A stretch of DNA of 64,000 nt from Minisyncoccota bacterium (GTDB lineage Bacteria > Patescibacteriota > Minisyncoccia > Phycocordibacterales > UBA918), in the NCBI GenBank assembly GCA_040879435.1, contig JBBDKG010000012.1, forward strand, positions 2,755-66,754. The letters are read 5' to 3'. Below are positions 1 to 8,862 of the stretch, piece after piece. Under the pieces are notes generated by a model that was not told the DNA's origin, made no database searches, and saw nothing but the letters and a program-made list of their open reading frames with translations. The stretch's first letter is position 1. Each line of letters opens with the position of its first letter. The position numbers were made by a program, and so were the translations under genes.

Positions 1-2
1 GC

Positions 3-1037
3 TTACGCTCGGAAAGAGAAAAAACCGATCAAGAGATCCTCGCTTCTAAAAAGGCTCTTGAAACGGGAGCGGACCGTGCTGTGCACAAGGCTCGAGAGAG
101 CGCAGACGACGTACTGAGCACGGCACGTCACAAAGCTGACGCTCGTACAGCTCCAGGTAAGGACGTTGTAAAAACTCGTGTTGTTGAGGACACGGTCCTA
201 GAACAAGAGCGAGATGTTGCTGATGAGAACATCGTTCACGAGCGAGCGCAGGTCGATCATGCACTGCAACGCCTGCTACCGCTCGAGCGAGAAGCGACAG
301 ATAGAACGCTACTTACCGAGCGGGCGCGTTCAGATGCCGCCCTTGAGAACAGGGATGATCTTTTAGGGGTAGTGTGCCATGACTTGCGCGACCTACTCGG
401 AGGAATTGTACTGAACACTGAGTTACTCACAAAAGAGGTCGATTCTGAAGAGGAAGCAAAGCGCGTCGCCGTGCAGGTTTCTCAGATTCAACGGTATGCG
501 GCACGAATGAGTCGACTCATAGGTGATTTAGTCGATGTCACAAGCATTGACTTAGGCAGGCTTTCGATAACACCGAGACACGCTGATACCGCTCCTTTAA
601 TTTCTGAAGTAGCAGATACGTTCCGGACCATAGCGGAGTCGAAAGGTATTACGTTGCTGGTAGATGATACACTCGGTCCCGCAACAGCCTCGTTTGATCA
701 AGAGAGGATACTACAGGTTCTCGCAAATTTACTGACCAACTCCATCAAATTCACGCCGCAGGGTGGTACTGTTTCAGTATCGCGGAAAATGTCAGGATCA
801 GTTGTGGAGTTTATGGTCAGCGACACAGGAGTCGGTATTTCCCCAGAATCAATTGGACTTGTTTTTGAACGCTTTTGGCAAGTTGGAAAAAATGACCGGC
901 AAGGACTAGGTCTTGGTCTCCATATTTCCAAATGCATCGTTGAATCGCACGGCGGAAAAATCTGGGTAGAAAGTACAGTGGGAGAAGGTAGCCGGTTCTA
1001 TTTTACGCTGCCGTGCAACGTTCAAGAAAATAGCTAA
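3..1037 (+). CDS. sensor histidine kinase; 5' end runs off the window
   Basis: The frame is open from nt 3 and the first in-window start codon is GTG at 81. HisKA H-box VCHDLRDLL, then HATPase_c motifs (LLTNSIKFTPQGG, DTGVGI, GLGLGLHISKCIVESHGGKIWVES). Confidence 0.8.
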   Translation, partial: LRSEREKTDQEILASKKALETGADRAVHKARESADDVLSTARHKADARTAPGKDVVKTRVVEDTVLEQERDVADENIVHERAQVDHALQRLLPLEREATDRTLLTERARSDAALENRDDLLGVVCHDLRDLLGGIVLNTELLTKEVDSEEEAKRVAVQVSQIQRYAARMSRLIGDLVDVTSIDLGRLSITPRHADTAPLISEVADTFRTIAESKGITLLVDDTLGPATASFDQERILQVLANLLTNSIKFTPQGGTVSVSRKMSGSVVEFMVSDTGVGISPESIGLVFERFWQVGKNDRQGLGLGLHISKCIVESHGGKIWVESTVGEGSRFYFTLPCNVQENS

Positions 1038-1129
1038 GTACTAGTCGAAGAGTCTTTTTATTAAAAACTCTGGCCATTTCTTTTAGATACACTGCTGACA
1101 AACTAGTCTCCCCTCTTAGAAGCGAACCC

Positions 1130-2863
1130 TCACTCGTTTTCACCTTCCAAAGTATGTTTCGTATGTTCAACTGTATCTCCTTGCCAGTTCTTTCTCTTCT
1201 CCCGAACCTTCTTTACATATCCCGTCTTGACAAGCTTAGGGACTTTACCTGGATGCTTGAGCTGTCGCAGTCCTTTTGCAATAAGTTGTCGTGGTCGTTC
1301 CCTACGTGTCCCAAAGATCTTACCGATCTCTTCCAAGCTAACGCTAGTTGGCTTTTCGGGATCATTCAGATGAAGTTCAGCAACTGCACTTTCCGGGATC
1401 TTCCCTATGACGGCCAAAAACATTTGCTCCGCTGAGTTTAGATCACGCAAAGAATCTTTCTGTGGATCAAACTTCAGTAATTCCTGATACGAACCGTTCC
1501 TGATAGATGTATTATCACCTCCTAAAAGTTCATTTTGCACATCCTCATTCCGCCAACGGCCCGGACCAGTTAATCCGAAATACAAACGTACTGCCAGTTC
1601 CTCTCGCAGAGGTACTGATTCAAGATTTTCCGTAATTGCATCTTGCAACTTACTATAGTCAATACTTTCAAGGTCAATGAATAAGTCCTCCTCTTTCTCA
1701 CGATTGTGTTCCAACACATCATCGTCGTACTCTTCCGAGGTTGCACCAGTCTGGCGTGCTGTTTTTCGTACCTCTGCTAGTGAAAAGCCGGTCTCCTCAG
1801 CAATGAGCAGCTCTCGTTCGTTACTTGGCAAGTTGTTAAAGTACGGATCTTTACCAACCAGCGTATTAACAGCTTTTTGATACGTAGCAATTTTCCGAAT
1901 ATCGTTGGGTTTTCGTGCATACCCTTCTTTCTGAACTGAAAGATATGTGCGTATATATCCTTCAATATATGGGACGAAATAAGATGACGGCCGTGTTTCT
2001 CGGTCTTCGTATCTCCTAATGGCGACCACCAAACCCTCCATTCCAGCCTGAAACAGGTCGTCCGCGGTGACAACGCTGTTCGGCCCAAACTTATCAAGCA
2101 CTCTTTTAAGAACCGTAATTACCAGTCCTGTAGACATTTTCACCGCTTGTTCCATTTTTTCTGGATCGTCCTTGGCTTCAAGCAAAATCTGCTTATATGT
2201 TTCGTACGGAATCTCGTTGCCGTGAACATCACTGATCTCACCGTTTTTAAAAAAATATTCTTGTTTAAATCCTTTCAAGTTCGGTGAATATCTAAATTCT
2301 GGCTGTATGGCAGCTTCTGCTTCGATATCCAGTCCTTGTGAGAAACTCTCTTCAGCTGTTTGCATGTAAGTATCCACCTCTTGGACTTCATCGTTGGCTT
2401 GATCTACGATTCTGCTAGTCTGGCGGTTAGGTCGCGGACGTTCCGTTGTGGGTACGTCTGGCAACGGGAACGAGTACGGGTCATGTTCAATACTTTCGTC
2501 TGCTGACGTTTCTTCGCTGCCGGCGAGTGTCGGTTCGGGACTGCTAACCAATTGGAGAAATTCAAGCTTTTTGATCTCTCGTTCGTGTTCAATGATAAAA
2601 TTGTAATTACCATCTTCGTCTTTTTCAGTCCACGGATGCACACCCATTGCGACAAACTCGTTTTGTATGTCTTCCTTTTGGTTGGATGGCACATGGAAAG
2701 TGACCGACCGTATTCGTTCGCCATCTCTTTCAACGTTCGCGTTCTCTAAAAATACACTGACTTTCTTTGCGGAAGCCTGCAGCTCATCGTATGCTTTCCC
2801 ATCTCCGAACACTTCAAGGAAAGCCCTGGTTTCGGCCGATGGTTGCTTTGGTGCTCTTTCCAT
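1130..2863 (-). CDS. divergent sigma-70 family protein (577 aa) with a roughly 240-aa N-terminal extension and an insertion in region 4
   Basis: Region 2-like DLFQAGMEGLVVAIRRYEDRETRPSSYFVPYIEGYIR has the same spacing as Rpo[38 protein letters not shown], but the W residues of region 2.3/2.4 are replaced. Region 4.2 HTH SLEEIGKIFGTRRERPRQLIAKGLRQLKHP matches Rpo[25 protein letters not shown]. Local GC is about 43-45%, against about 59% in core genes. Confidence 0.6.
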   Translation of the reverse strand: MERAPKQPSAETRAFLEVFGDGKAYDELQASAKKVSVFLENANVERDGERIRSVTFHVPSNQKEDIQNEFVAMGVHPWTEKDEDGNYNFIIEHEREIKKLEFLQLVSSPEPTLAGSEETSADESIEHDPYSFPLPDVPTTERPRPNRQTSRIVDQANDEVQEVDTYMQTAEESFSQGLDIEAEAAIQPEFRYSPNLKGFKQEYFFKNGEISDVHGNEIPYETYKQILLEAKDDPEKMEQAVKMSTGLVITVLKRVLDKFGPNSVVTADDLFQAGMEGLVVAIRRYEDRETRPSSYFVPYIEGYIRTYLSVQKEGYARKPNDIRKIATYQKAVNTLVGKDPYFNNLPSNERELLIAEETGFSLAEVRKTARQTGATSEEYDDDVLEHNREKEEDLFIDLESIDYSKLQDAITENLESVPLREELAVRLYFGLTGPGRWRNEDVQNELLGGDNTSIRNGSYQELLKFDPQKDSLRDLNSAEQMFLAVIGKIPESAVAELHLNDPEKPTSVSLEEIGKIFGTRRERPRQLIAKGLRQLKHPGKVPKLVKTGYVKKVREKRKNWQGDTVEHTKHTLEGENE

Positions 2864-3014
2864 ACCTTAATTTTACCATGCTATATAGCGCATCCTTCAC
2901 TTGCACACTCAACGAGCTCATTAGCGTCACCGCAATCAACAAGCAGGAAGCTTCTATTGCTTGCACTTTTGCCAATACTAGCGGTACAGTAGAGTAATCG
3001 AGAGGGAGGTTCCC

Positions 3015-3467
3015 ATGATCGACAAAAAGAAGTTCCTTGGTATACACATTAGCGACGGGGACGACTACGGTACCATCCACCTGCGACTCGCGGTCAATCT
3101 GCTGACAAGCGTTCGGCAGCGAGATAGCGAGCAGGTTATCGAAGAGAAAGCCTGCAATATCGTCAAGGTTTGTTGCGAGCCAATGTTCGATAATCTGATC
3201 GAAGCGTATGACTGGAATCCTGATGAGGTCGATTACGCCGAAGAAGTGCTGGTGCAGTACATGAAGTTCGCTACCAACGAATTGCTCCAAAAAGCGAAGC
3301 ACCGTGTAAAGCACACGCGCAAACATGAGCGTAGGACAAAGCTCCAGATCGACGATCTCACGGTAGCTGCGATCATGGCGTTCGTCATGACGCTACCGGA
3401 CAGAGCCGCCGATCAACTTGAGGATTCCTTCCTCAAGGATCACGGAGCAATGTATTTCAGCCGCTGA
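3015..3467 (+). CDS. hypothetical protein (150 aa)
   Basis: ORF with SD GAGGGAGG 6 nt upstream of the ATG. It is divergent from the sigma-like gene and followed by a hairpin plus T-tract. No recognisable motif. Confidence 0.5.
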   Translation: MIDKKKFLGIHISDGDDYGTIHLRLAVNLLTSVRQRDSEQVIEEKACNIVKVCCEPMFDNLIEAYDWNPDEVDYAEEVLVQYMKFATNELLQKAKHRVKHTRKHERRTKLQIDDLTVAAIMAFVMTLPDRAADQLEDSFLKDHGAMYFSR

Positions 3468-3489
3468 CGGCAGAACACCGCCATGAAGG

Positions 3490-3516
3490 GTCGCCTTCAG
3501 GCGGCTTTTCATTTTT
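3490..3516 (+). terminator. intrinsic terminator
   Basis: Stem gtcgcc/ggcggc (one GU pair) with loop ttca, followed by ttttcattttt. Confidence 0.45.
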
Positions 3517-3573
3517 GTGGTGTAGAACCTGGCACGTCACCTTTTGTTGTAGACAACGGTTATAGAAACTGTC

Positions 3574-3858
3574 ATGCAAAACATACACATCATTCGCCCT
3601 CTACTCGGAACAATACTTATCCTACTCATTCCGCTCGTCGCGATGCAGTTCACAAGCGAGGTCGCCTGGGATGAGACCGACTTCATCGTCATGGGTATAC
3701 TTCTTTTCGGTACCGGACTCCTGCTTGAGTTCGCCTCGTCAAAGTTCAGCTCCTCCCCGTATCGCATCATTGCAATACTCGGCATCATCGCCGTATTCCT
3801 CCTCACTTGGGCGGAACTCGCAGTCGGCGTCTTCGGCACACCGTTTGCAGGATCGTAG
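3574..3858 (+). CDS. small membrane protein (94 aa, about 3 TM)
   Basis: Three hydrophobic segments (ILILLIPLVA, IVMGILLFGTGLLL, IIAILGIIAVFLL). No clear SD. Confidence 0.4.
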   Translation: MQNIHIIRPLLGTILILLIPLVAMQFTSEVAWDETDFIVMGILLFGTGLLLEFASSKFSSSPYRIIAILGIIAVFLLTWAELAVGVFGTPFAGS

Positions 3859-3916
3859 AGAGAGCTTCCGCGCGTCGCGATCCGTTCAGTTGCATTTTAT
3901 GAACGTTCGTGTGTAA

Positions 3917-4888
3917 ATGCATACTACTCATATGCATGTCACGCTGAAACATCACCGTCGGGTCATCCTAATTTTCGGCTCCATAACCGCCGTTTTGATC
4001 GCGGCACTTGTCGCGATCTTGCTGATTTACGTCCTCCCCACTGAGGAGAAGAGACCACTCTCTGGCGGCCCGATCGATGACGCCGCGTCCGTGTTCTGGG
4101 AAGCACCAAAGAGCCCTTTCGCTGCAAAGGAGGAGGTCGTTATCGTACATCCACAACCGAACGACGCAGCGACGACGAGCGCAGAGGAGGTACTCCCGGT
4201 CACCGAGGTACTCTTTGAATACATCCGTATCATGGACAGCTGTGGTGCACGCTTCGAAGGCGAGTGTGTAAATGTTCGGTCGGGACCAGGAACAGACCAT
4301 CCGGTCGTCACGCGACTGCGTAACGACATCATTTTGAAGGTGGACGGCAAGGTGGAGCGCGGCGACCACAGCTGGTTCCGTATCGTCTTCGATGAGTGGC
4401 TTCGGTACCCGGAGCGTGCCGAGGGCGACTGGTACGTTGCTGCGGATTTCGTTGAGGTATTGCTCGACGAAGGCGTCCGGACCACATGGGAGCACGGAAA
4501 TGCGACAACCAGCAAACGTATCGTCGTCGACCGGTCTGAGCAGATGCTCTACGCGTACGAAAGCGACAAACTTTTCATGGAAACAAGTATCTCCACAGGG
4601 CTCGAACTCTCCCCTACTCCACGCGGAACATTCACCGTGTTCAAAAAGACCCCGAGCCGGTATATGCAAGGCCCGATCCCCGGCATTCCCGGCAGCGACT
4701 ACTATGACCTCCCTGGAGTACCGTGGAATCTATACTTCACTGAAGGCGGCGCGGTCATTCACGGTGCATACTGGCACGAAAACTTCGGTGAGCAGTATTC
4801 GCACGGCTGTGTAAACCTGCGGCCAATGGACGCAGAGCGATTGTATAACTGGGCGCCGCTTGGAACGACAGTGGTGGTCCGTGATTAG
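3917..4888 (+). CDS. L,D-transpeptidase (YkuD domain) with N-terminal TM anchor and SH3b-like domain
   Basis: N-terminal TM VILIFGSITAVLIAALVAILLIYVL. SH3b-like segment VNVRSGPGTDHPVVTRLRNDIILKV...WFRIVF. Catalytic motif HGAYWHENFGEQYSHGCVNLRP, with the SHGC(V/I)xL cysteine of YkuD. Confidence 0.8.
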   Translation: MHTTHMHVTLKHHRRVILIFGSITAVLIAALVAILLIYVLPTEEKRPLSGGPIDDAASVFWEAPKSPFAAKEEVVIVHPQPNDAATTSAEEVLPVTEVLFEYIRIMDSCGARFEGECVNVRSGPGTDHPVVTRLRNDIILKVDGKVERGDHSWFRIVFDEWLRYPERAEGDWYVAADFVEVLLDEGVRTTWEHGNATTSKRIVVDRSEQMLYAYESDKLFMETSISTGLELSPTPRGTFTVFKKTPSRYMQGPIPGIPGSDYYDLPGVPWNLYFTEGGAVIHGAYWHENFGEQYSHGCVNLRPMDAERLYNWAPLGTTVVVRD

Positions 4889-4997
4889 TACATACTCTGC
4901 AATTCTGACCAAAACATCCCCTGCTTCATGAAATCGGCACTTCACCACGTATTCACCATTGTGTGCAAGCAACGGACAACGATAGACTGGTAACACT

Positions 4998-5026
4998 TTG
5001 ATCTACCGCAGAACGATCCCTATAGT
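4998..5026 (+). promoter_or_regulatory. sigma70-like promoter TTGATC-17-TATAGT
   Basis: TTGATC at 4998-5003, a 17-nt spacer, TATAGT at 5021-5026. The predicted TSS is about 5033, next to the ATG at 5034. Confidence 0.35.
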
Positions 5027-5735
5027 ATGCGTTATGTGTGCATACACTCTTCCGTTCATTGTAACGGGTGCGCCGGTTACCTACACCGCGGCACCGCCGG
5101 CGAACGCAGCATGGGAACCAACGATCGACACAAGCGTAGCAGAACCTGATGCACCGAACGTGCACGTGGATGCGACCATTCCCGAATCCGAGGAGACAAA
5201 TGTTCCCGATGAGACCCCAGAAATAGTGGACAAGGATACTGTTCGAATTGTTCCGTTCTACTCCCAGTTCACCGACATCAGTGATCTGGCATGGAAGAAG
5301 ATCGGCTGCGGTATCGCAAGTCTCGCGATGCTCATTGACTACTATGAACCGGCAGTTTCGGTCGATACCTTGTTGGCAGAAGGAATTGCGGCGGATGCAT
5401 ATCTCGACGATGCCGGTTGGACGTATGCAGGACTTGTTGGACTCGCTGAGGACCACGGCCTCTCTGGAGAAAGTGTCGTGTTGCATCATCTGAGTATGAA
5501 CGATGCGTTCGCTTCTCTTGAAGAATCGCTTGAAGAAGGGCCGGTGATGGCGTCCGTCTACTATACCTTCACGCTGGGTCATCCGATCCCCCACCTCGTG
5601 ATCATAAACGACATCGAAGATGATATCGTCCACTACAACGATCCAGCGGAGCCGGCAGGCGGTGGCACTATATCCGTGGAAGATTTCAAACCCGCGTGGA
5701 AGAAGCGCTATATCGAGATCCGACCAAGCTCGTAG
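4998..5735 (+). CDS. secreted papain-like cysteine peptidase, Peptidase_C39_2-like
   Basis: Signal-like N-terminus. Cys motif GCGIASLAMLIDYY as in YvpB/C39-like domains, with a downstream His in HYNDP. The track start is TTG at 4998; an alternative ATG start at 5034 would give a leaderless mRNA from the promoter-like element at 4998-5026. Confidence 0.6.
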   Translation: MIYRRTIPIVCVMCAYTLPFIVTGAPVTYTAAPPANAAWEPTIDTSVAEPDAPNVHVDATIPESEETNVPDETPEIVDKDTVRIVPFYSQFTDISDLAWKKIGCGIASLAMLIDYYEPAVSVDTLLAEGIAADAYLDDAGWTYAGLVGLAEDHGLSGESVVLHHLSMNDAFASLEESLEEGPVMASVYYTFTLGHPIPHLVIINDIEDDIVHYNDPAEPAGGGTISVEDFKPAWKKRYIEIRPSS

Positions 5736-5809
5736 GTTGACGGCCAACATATTGGAGTCGCTAAGCATCACTAAGTGACAGGCTCCCGCTATCTTTGTGA
5801 TATGTAATA

Positions 5810-6250
5810 ATGTCTGTATCTATGGATATACTCGACGCCATAAGAGAGCCAGAGCTTGAACCTGCATCATTTCGACGGATAGCCGAGATGCTATTTGATG
5901 AACTTACTGTCGACATCTTTCAAAACAAGGAGGAAGCGCGTGCATATGTAGAAAGTGTCGATGGGATCATTGATGCGGCACAGTCCGATGGCAACACACT
6001 TCACACTGAACGAATAATTCAGCTGGCGGCCGCACTTGGTGAAGCCTTCATCATACTCTTTGAGGGAGAGTGGAAATACGATGAGGAGTGGGAACGCTGG
6101 GTGGTCGCGTGTGCCACCAACGCTGGCGACCCGGTGCATCTGAACGTGTTCAACAAACTTGAAAAGCGTGTTGCCAATGGTGACGAAGACTCGATCTCAT
6201 ACTACTTTGAAGGTACACAGTCGCTCATCGACGGTTCATTGAAGATATAG
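5810..6250 (+). CDS. hypothetical acidic protein (146 aa)
   Basis: ORF in a lower-GC patch (about 46%), ending 8 nt before the APH-like kinase gene. No motif recognised. Confidence 0.5.
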   Translation: MSVSMDILDAIREPELEPASFRRIAEMLFDELTVDIFQNKEEARAYVESVDGIIDAAQSDGNTLHTERIIQLAAALGEAFIILFEGEWKYDEEWERWVVACATNAGDPVHLNVFNKLEKRVANGDEDSISYYFEGTQSLIDGSLKI

Positions 6251-6257
6251 AACTTAT

Positions 6258-7337
6258 ATGGAAAAACTTGAACAAATCCAGAAAAATCCTGAGGTTCTCA
6301 GCCCAGAACAGCTACACACTATCGCTCGCGCATACGACCTCCCTCCCCTCCACTTCCTGCATTCCCCAGAGGCAGGGATCATTACCGATAACGCTATCCT
6401 GGAGGCCGAGGACGGAACCCGATACTTTGCCAAACTGTATGACAGTGTAGACGAAGAAAAGCACACGAGTATATACCGAGCCGCTGAGCTGCTCGCCGCA
6501 AACCCGCTCATACCTGTCTCACTTCCCTTCTTATCCAAAGATGGAACATATACCGTCGATGTAGCGGGACGTCCATTAGCACTATTCTCATACGTACCCC
6601 ACCGAGCTGAACCGCCGCAAACTGAAGCTGAAGAGGCGGCGCTCGCCTCCAGCATGGCCGTGAATCTTGGACGCATGCATGCAGTAGAGGTACCAAAAGA
6701 TGACCCGCTACTACGCCCCATTGGAAGGTGGCAGGAAGAAGCCCGGACAACGCGTACTTCTATGCTTGAACGCGTCATCAAGCACATTCATACCCTAGAG
6801 AAACGGGATCAGTTTGATGAACTGGCTCTTGAATCAGCAACTACCAAGTTATCCTTGATACAGTCGCTACCCGAACCAGATTGGGACGCTCTTGACTTGA
6901 ACATTTGTCATGCTGACTATCATGGACACAATGTGCTATACGATGAGGATATGAACGTGGTGGCAATATTTGACTGGGATAATGCCGGATTGGCAGATAA
7001 GTACATGGACTTCGTGAACACATTTGCGATGACTGTAATTGGTCATCGGTTTGATTCGTATCAGGAAGATCGGTTTGAGATAGCACGCGCTGTATGTGAA
7101 CAGTATCAGGAAGGACTCGGTCAGCAGATCGATATGTCACATTTGCGAACGGCGTATGACGCGTTGATGCACGAGCGCATCGGGACCTCCTGGCCGGTCT
7201 TTCAGCACTACTTTTCAGGACACACCAGAAACGACAACCGTGTCGAGCCGGTGCTTCGAAAAGCAAAATTCCATGCTGAGAACTACGAGGAGATGTGGGA
7301 TTTCATAGAAAGAGCCGCTACCGAAAGACACGACTAG
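6258..7337 (+). CDS. phosphotransferase of the APH/choline-kinase (protein-kinase-like) family
   Basis: Brenner motif ICHADYHGHNVL (HxDxxxxN) and a DFG-equivalent VAIFDWDNAG, typical of aminoglycoside phosphotransferase, homoserine kinase II and CotS-like kinases. Confidence 0.65.
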   Translation: MEKLEQIQKNPEVLSPEQLHTIARAYDLPPLHFLHSPEAGIITDNAILEAEDGTRYFAKLYDSVDEEKHTSIYRAAELLAANPLIPVSLPFLSKDGTYTVDVAGRPLALFSYVPHRAEPPQTEAEEAALASSMAVNLGRMHAVEVPKDDPLLRPIGRWQEEARTTRTSMLERVIKHIHTLEKRDQFDELALESATTKLSLIQSLPEPDWDALDLNICHADYHGHNVLYDEDMNVVAIFDWDNAGLADKYMDFVNTFAMTVIGHRFDSYQEDRFEIARAVCEQYQEGLGQQIDMSHLRTAYDALMHERIGTSWPVFQHYFSGHTRNDNRVEPVLRKAKFHAENYEEMWDFIERAATERHD

Positions 7338-7395
7338 GAGGAGTATTACATAAAGAATCACACCTCCGATGATGCTCATCGTCTACCACGCGGAG

Positions 7396-7424
7396 CTGAC
7401 AAATTGCAAATAGTGTGGTATTTT
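7396..7424 (+). promoter_or_regulatory. sigma70 promoter CTGACA-17-TGgTATTTT (extended -10)
   Basis: -35 at 7396-7401, TG at 7416-7417, -10 TATTTT at 7419-7424. The SD GAAAGGAG lies at 7433-7440 and the ATG at 7447. Confidence 0.45.
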
Positions 7425-7446
7425 GAGTTTTGAAAGGAGCCCTTCA

Positions 7447-8097
7447 ATGGAGCAAAGAGCAGAAGTTCTCGAAGCTGGCTTCCGTCAAGCCTGCGAGGAT
7501 GTGGGAATAAAGGAAGAAGACCGACTCACCATCGAGTCCTTGCTGGCGCCCTTGCGTAATAAGAACGCGGTGACGCACGCGCACTATCTGCATTCACTGC
7601 GAGTCAGCCTCATTGCTCGCGCGATTGGAAAGCATACGCATCACGAAGAAAAACCATTGTTGTTTGCGGGTGCGCTCCACGACATCGGCAAGGCCCTAAC
7701 CCCTGTCGAGGTGATGGGCAAGACTGGTCCTTGGACAGAGGCCGACCAGCGCGTGATGCAGCAGCACGTGATGGATAGCTATCGGTTGTTGCGGGGGAGA
7801 TTCGACTTCACCGCCGAAATCATCCTCTGGCACCATCGCTTCCAAGAGCATGGCTACCCTAGGGTCTTACCGAAGCCTTTGCGCGAATACAGCGAGCCGA
7901 CCAAGTTGCTCGTCGTCGAATATGGCCGCTTGCTTGCGCTCGCGGACGTCTACGACGCCCTACACCGTCCCAACAGTAAGTTCAAGGAGGGGCATGGTCT
8001 GAGCGACGAGGAGGTTAAGGAGCAGATGTTCGCCTTGAACCCTGACAAGAAAAAGCTCGTCGCCTCTCTTTACGAAGCTGGAGTATTTGCAGTCTGA
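7447..8097 (+). CDS. HD-GYP-like HD-domain phosphohydrolase
   Basis: HD motifs HAHYLHSLRV and ALHDIGK. A degenerate HD-GYP signature WHHRFQEHGYP and the LALADVYDAL motif. The start is placed at the second ATG because it has an SD; the track's ATG at 7423 has none. Confidence 0.55.
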   Translation: MEQRAEVLEAGFRQACEDVGIKEEDRLTIESLLAPLRNKNAVTHAHYLHSLRVSLIARAIGKHTHHEEKPLLFAGALHDIGKALTPVEVMGKTGPWTEADQRVMQQHVMDSYRLLRGRFDFTAEIILWHHRFQEHGYPRVLPKPLREYSEPTKLLVVEYGRLLALADVYDALHRPNSKFKEGHGLSDEEVKEQMFALNPDKKKLVASLYEAGVFAV

Positions 8098-8127
8098 AGC
8101 CGTCTTACGAGACGGCTTCCTTTTTAT
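8096..8127 (+). terminator. intrinsic terminator overlapping the HD-GYP stop codon
   Basis: Perfect 10-bp stem gaagccgtct/agacggcttc, loop tacg, then ctttttat. Confidence 0.7.
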
Positions 8128-8183
8128 ATGAGCAGAATCTCGGTAGCGCCTAGGCCCGGCATTGTTCGGGCGCGTTTCTTTCA

Positions 8184-8765
8184 TCACCGAAACTCCACCG
8201 TTTTGGTAGGGATCTTTGTATCAAATCGCTTGTATCGCGCATCCCGCGGGTCAAGTTTGTAGTTTATCCGGTGAATGACGCATTTATAGGTCTTTGCGTA
8301 CTGCCCCCGTATCTCTATGAGGATACGGAAGTTCGCCGTCCGACTCGCCGGGATCTTTGCATACAGCAGCGTACCGAGCTTGACCTTTGTCACTCCCTCT
8401 CCCCTGCATGAGATATCAGTCTTATAGATATCACCTTCAGCCGTTCCTTCGATGTGATAGATGAAGCCCGTCGGCTTCTGGCTCGACGCGATCGAGATCG
8501 GTACATATACGGCATTGGTAAGTGCTGTAATATCCAAACGAAGCAGGAATGTCCCCTGTCCACCGTCCACTCCGTCCGGATTCGGTATCCGTTCGTAGCT
8601 TCCTTGGGACTTCTCGATCTTGAAACGAATGAATTCATCGTGGGTCGGGGCCTCCTTCTTTTTCTTTAGTTTAGACTGTAGTGTTTTGACCCTGTTTTGC
8701 AGATCTTTGATCGCCTGCTCTTTCTTCGTGCGAGATGAAGACTTCATAACCTGATTGTACCCCAT
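8184..8765 (-). CDS. hypothetical protein (193 aa) with a basic coiled-coil N-terminus and a beta-rich C-terminal domain
   Basis: Long ORF in a lower-GC patch, divergent from the SET-domain gene. No motif recognised. Confidence 0.5.
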   Translation of the reverse strand: MGYNQVMKSSSRTKKEQAIKDLQNRVKTLQSKLKKKKEAPTHDEFIRFKIEKSQGSYERIPNPDGVDGGQGTFLLRLDITALTNAVYVPISIASSQKPTGFIYHIEGTAEGDIYKTDISCRGEGVTKVKLGTLLYAKIPASRTANFRILIEIRGQYAKTYKCVIHRINYKLDPRDARYKRFDTKIPTKTVEFR

Positions 8766-8862
8766 AGTGTGGGGGCAATGCGTTGTTATGCAGTTGATAC
8801 GAATATACTTTTATACAAAGCAGGCCTGTGCTATATTTCGCATCGGCTTTGAGGAGGAACAA

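Noticed and set aside
2814-3326. 170-aa minus-strand ORF overlapping the 3015-3467 gene and the divergent intergenic region
   Set aside because: It runs antisense to a plus-strand ORF that has a strong SD and a terminator. It has no SD of its own and spans a promoter region.
3968-4669. 233-aa and 162-aa minus-strand ORFs inside the L,D-transpeptidase gene
   Set aside because: Antisense to a CDS with clear YkuD motifs. These are typical long shadow ORFs in high-GC sequence.
4953-5771. 272-aa minus-strand ORF opposite the C39-like peptidase gene
   Set aside because: Antisense shadow ORF; no motifs and no SD.
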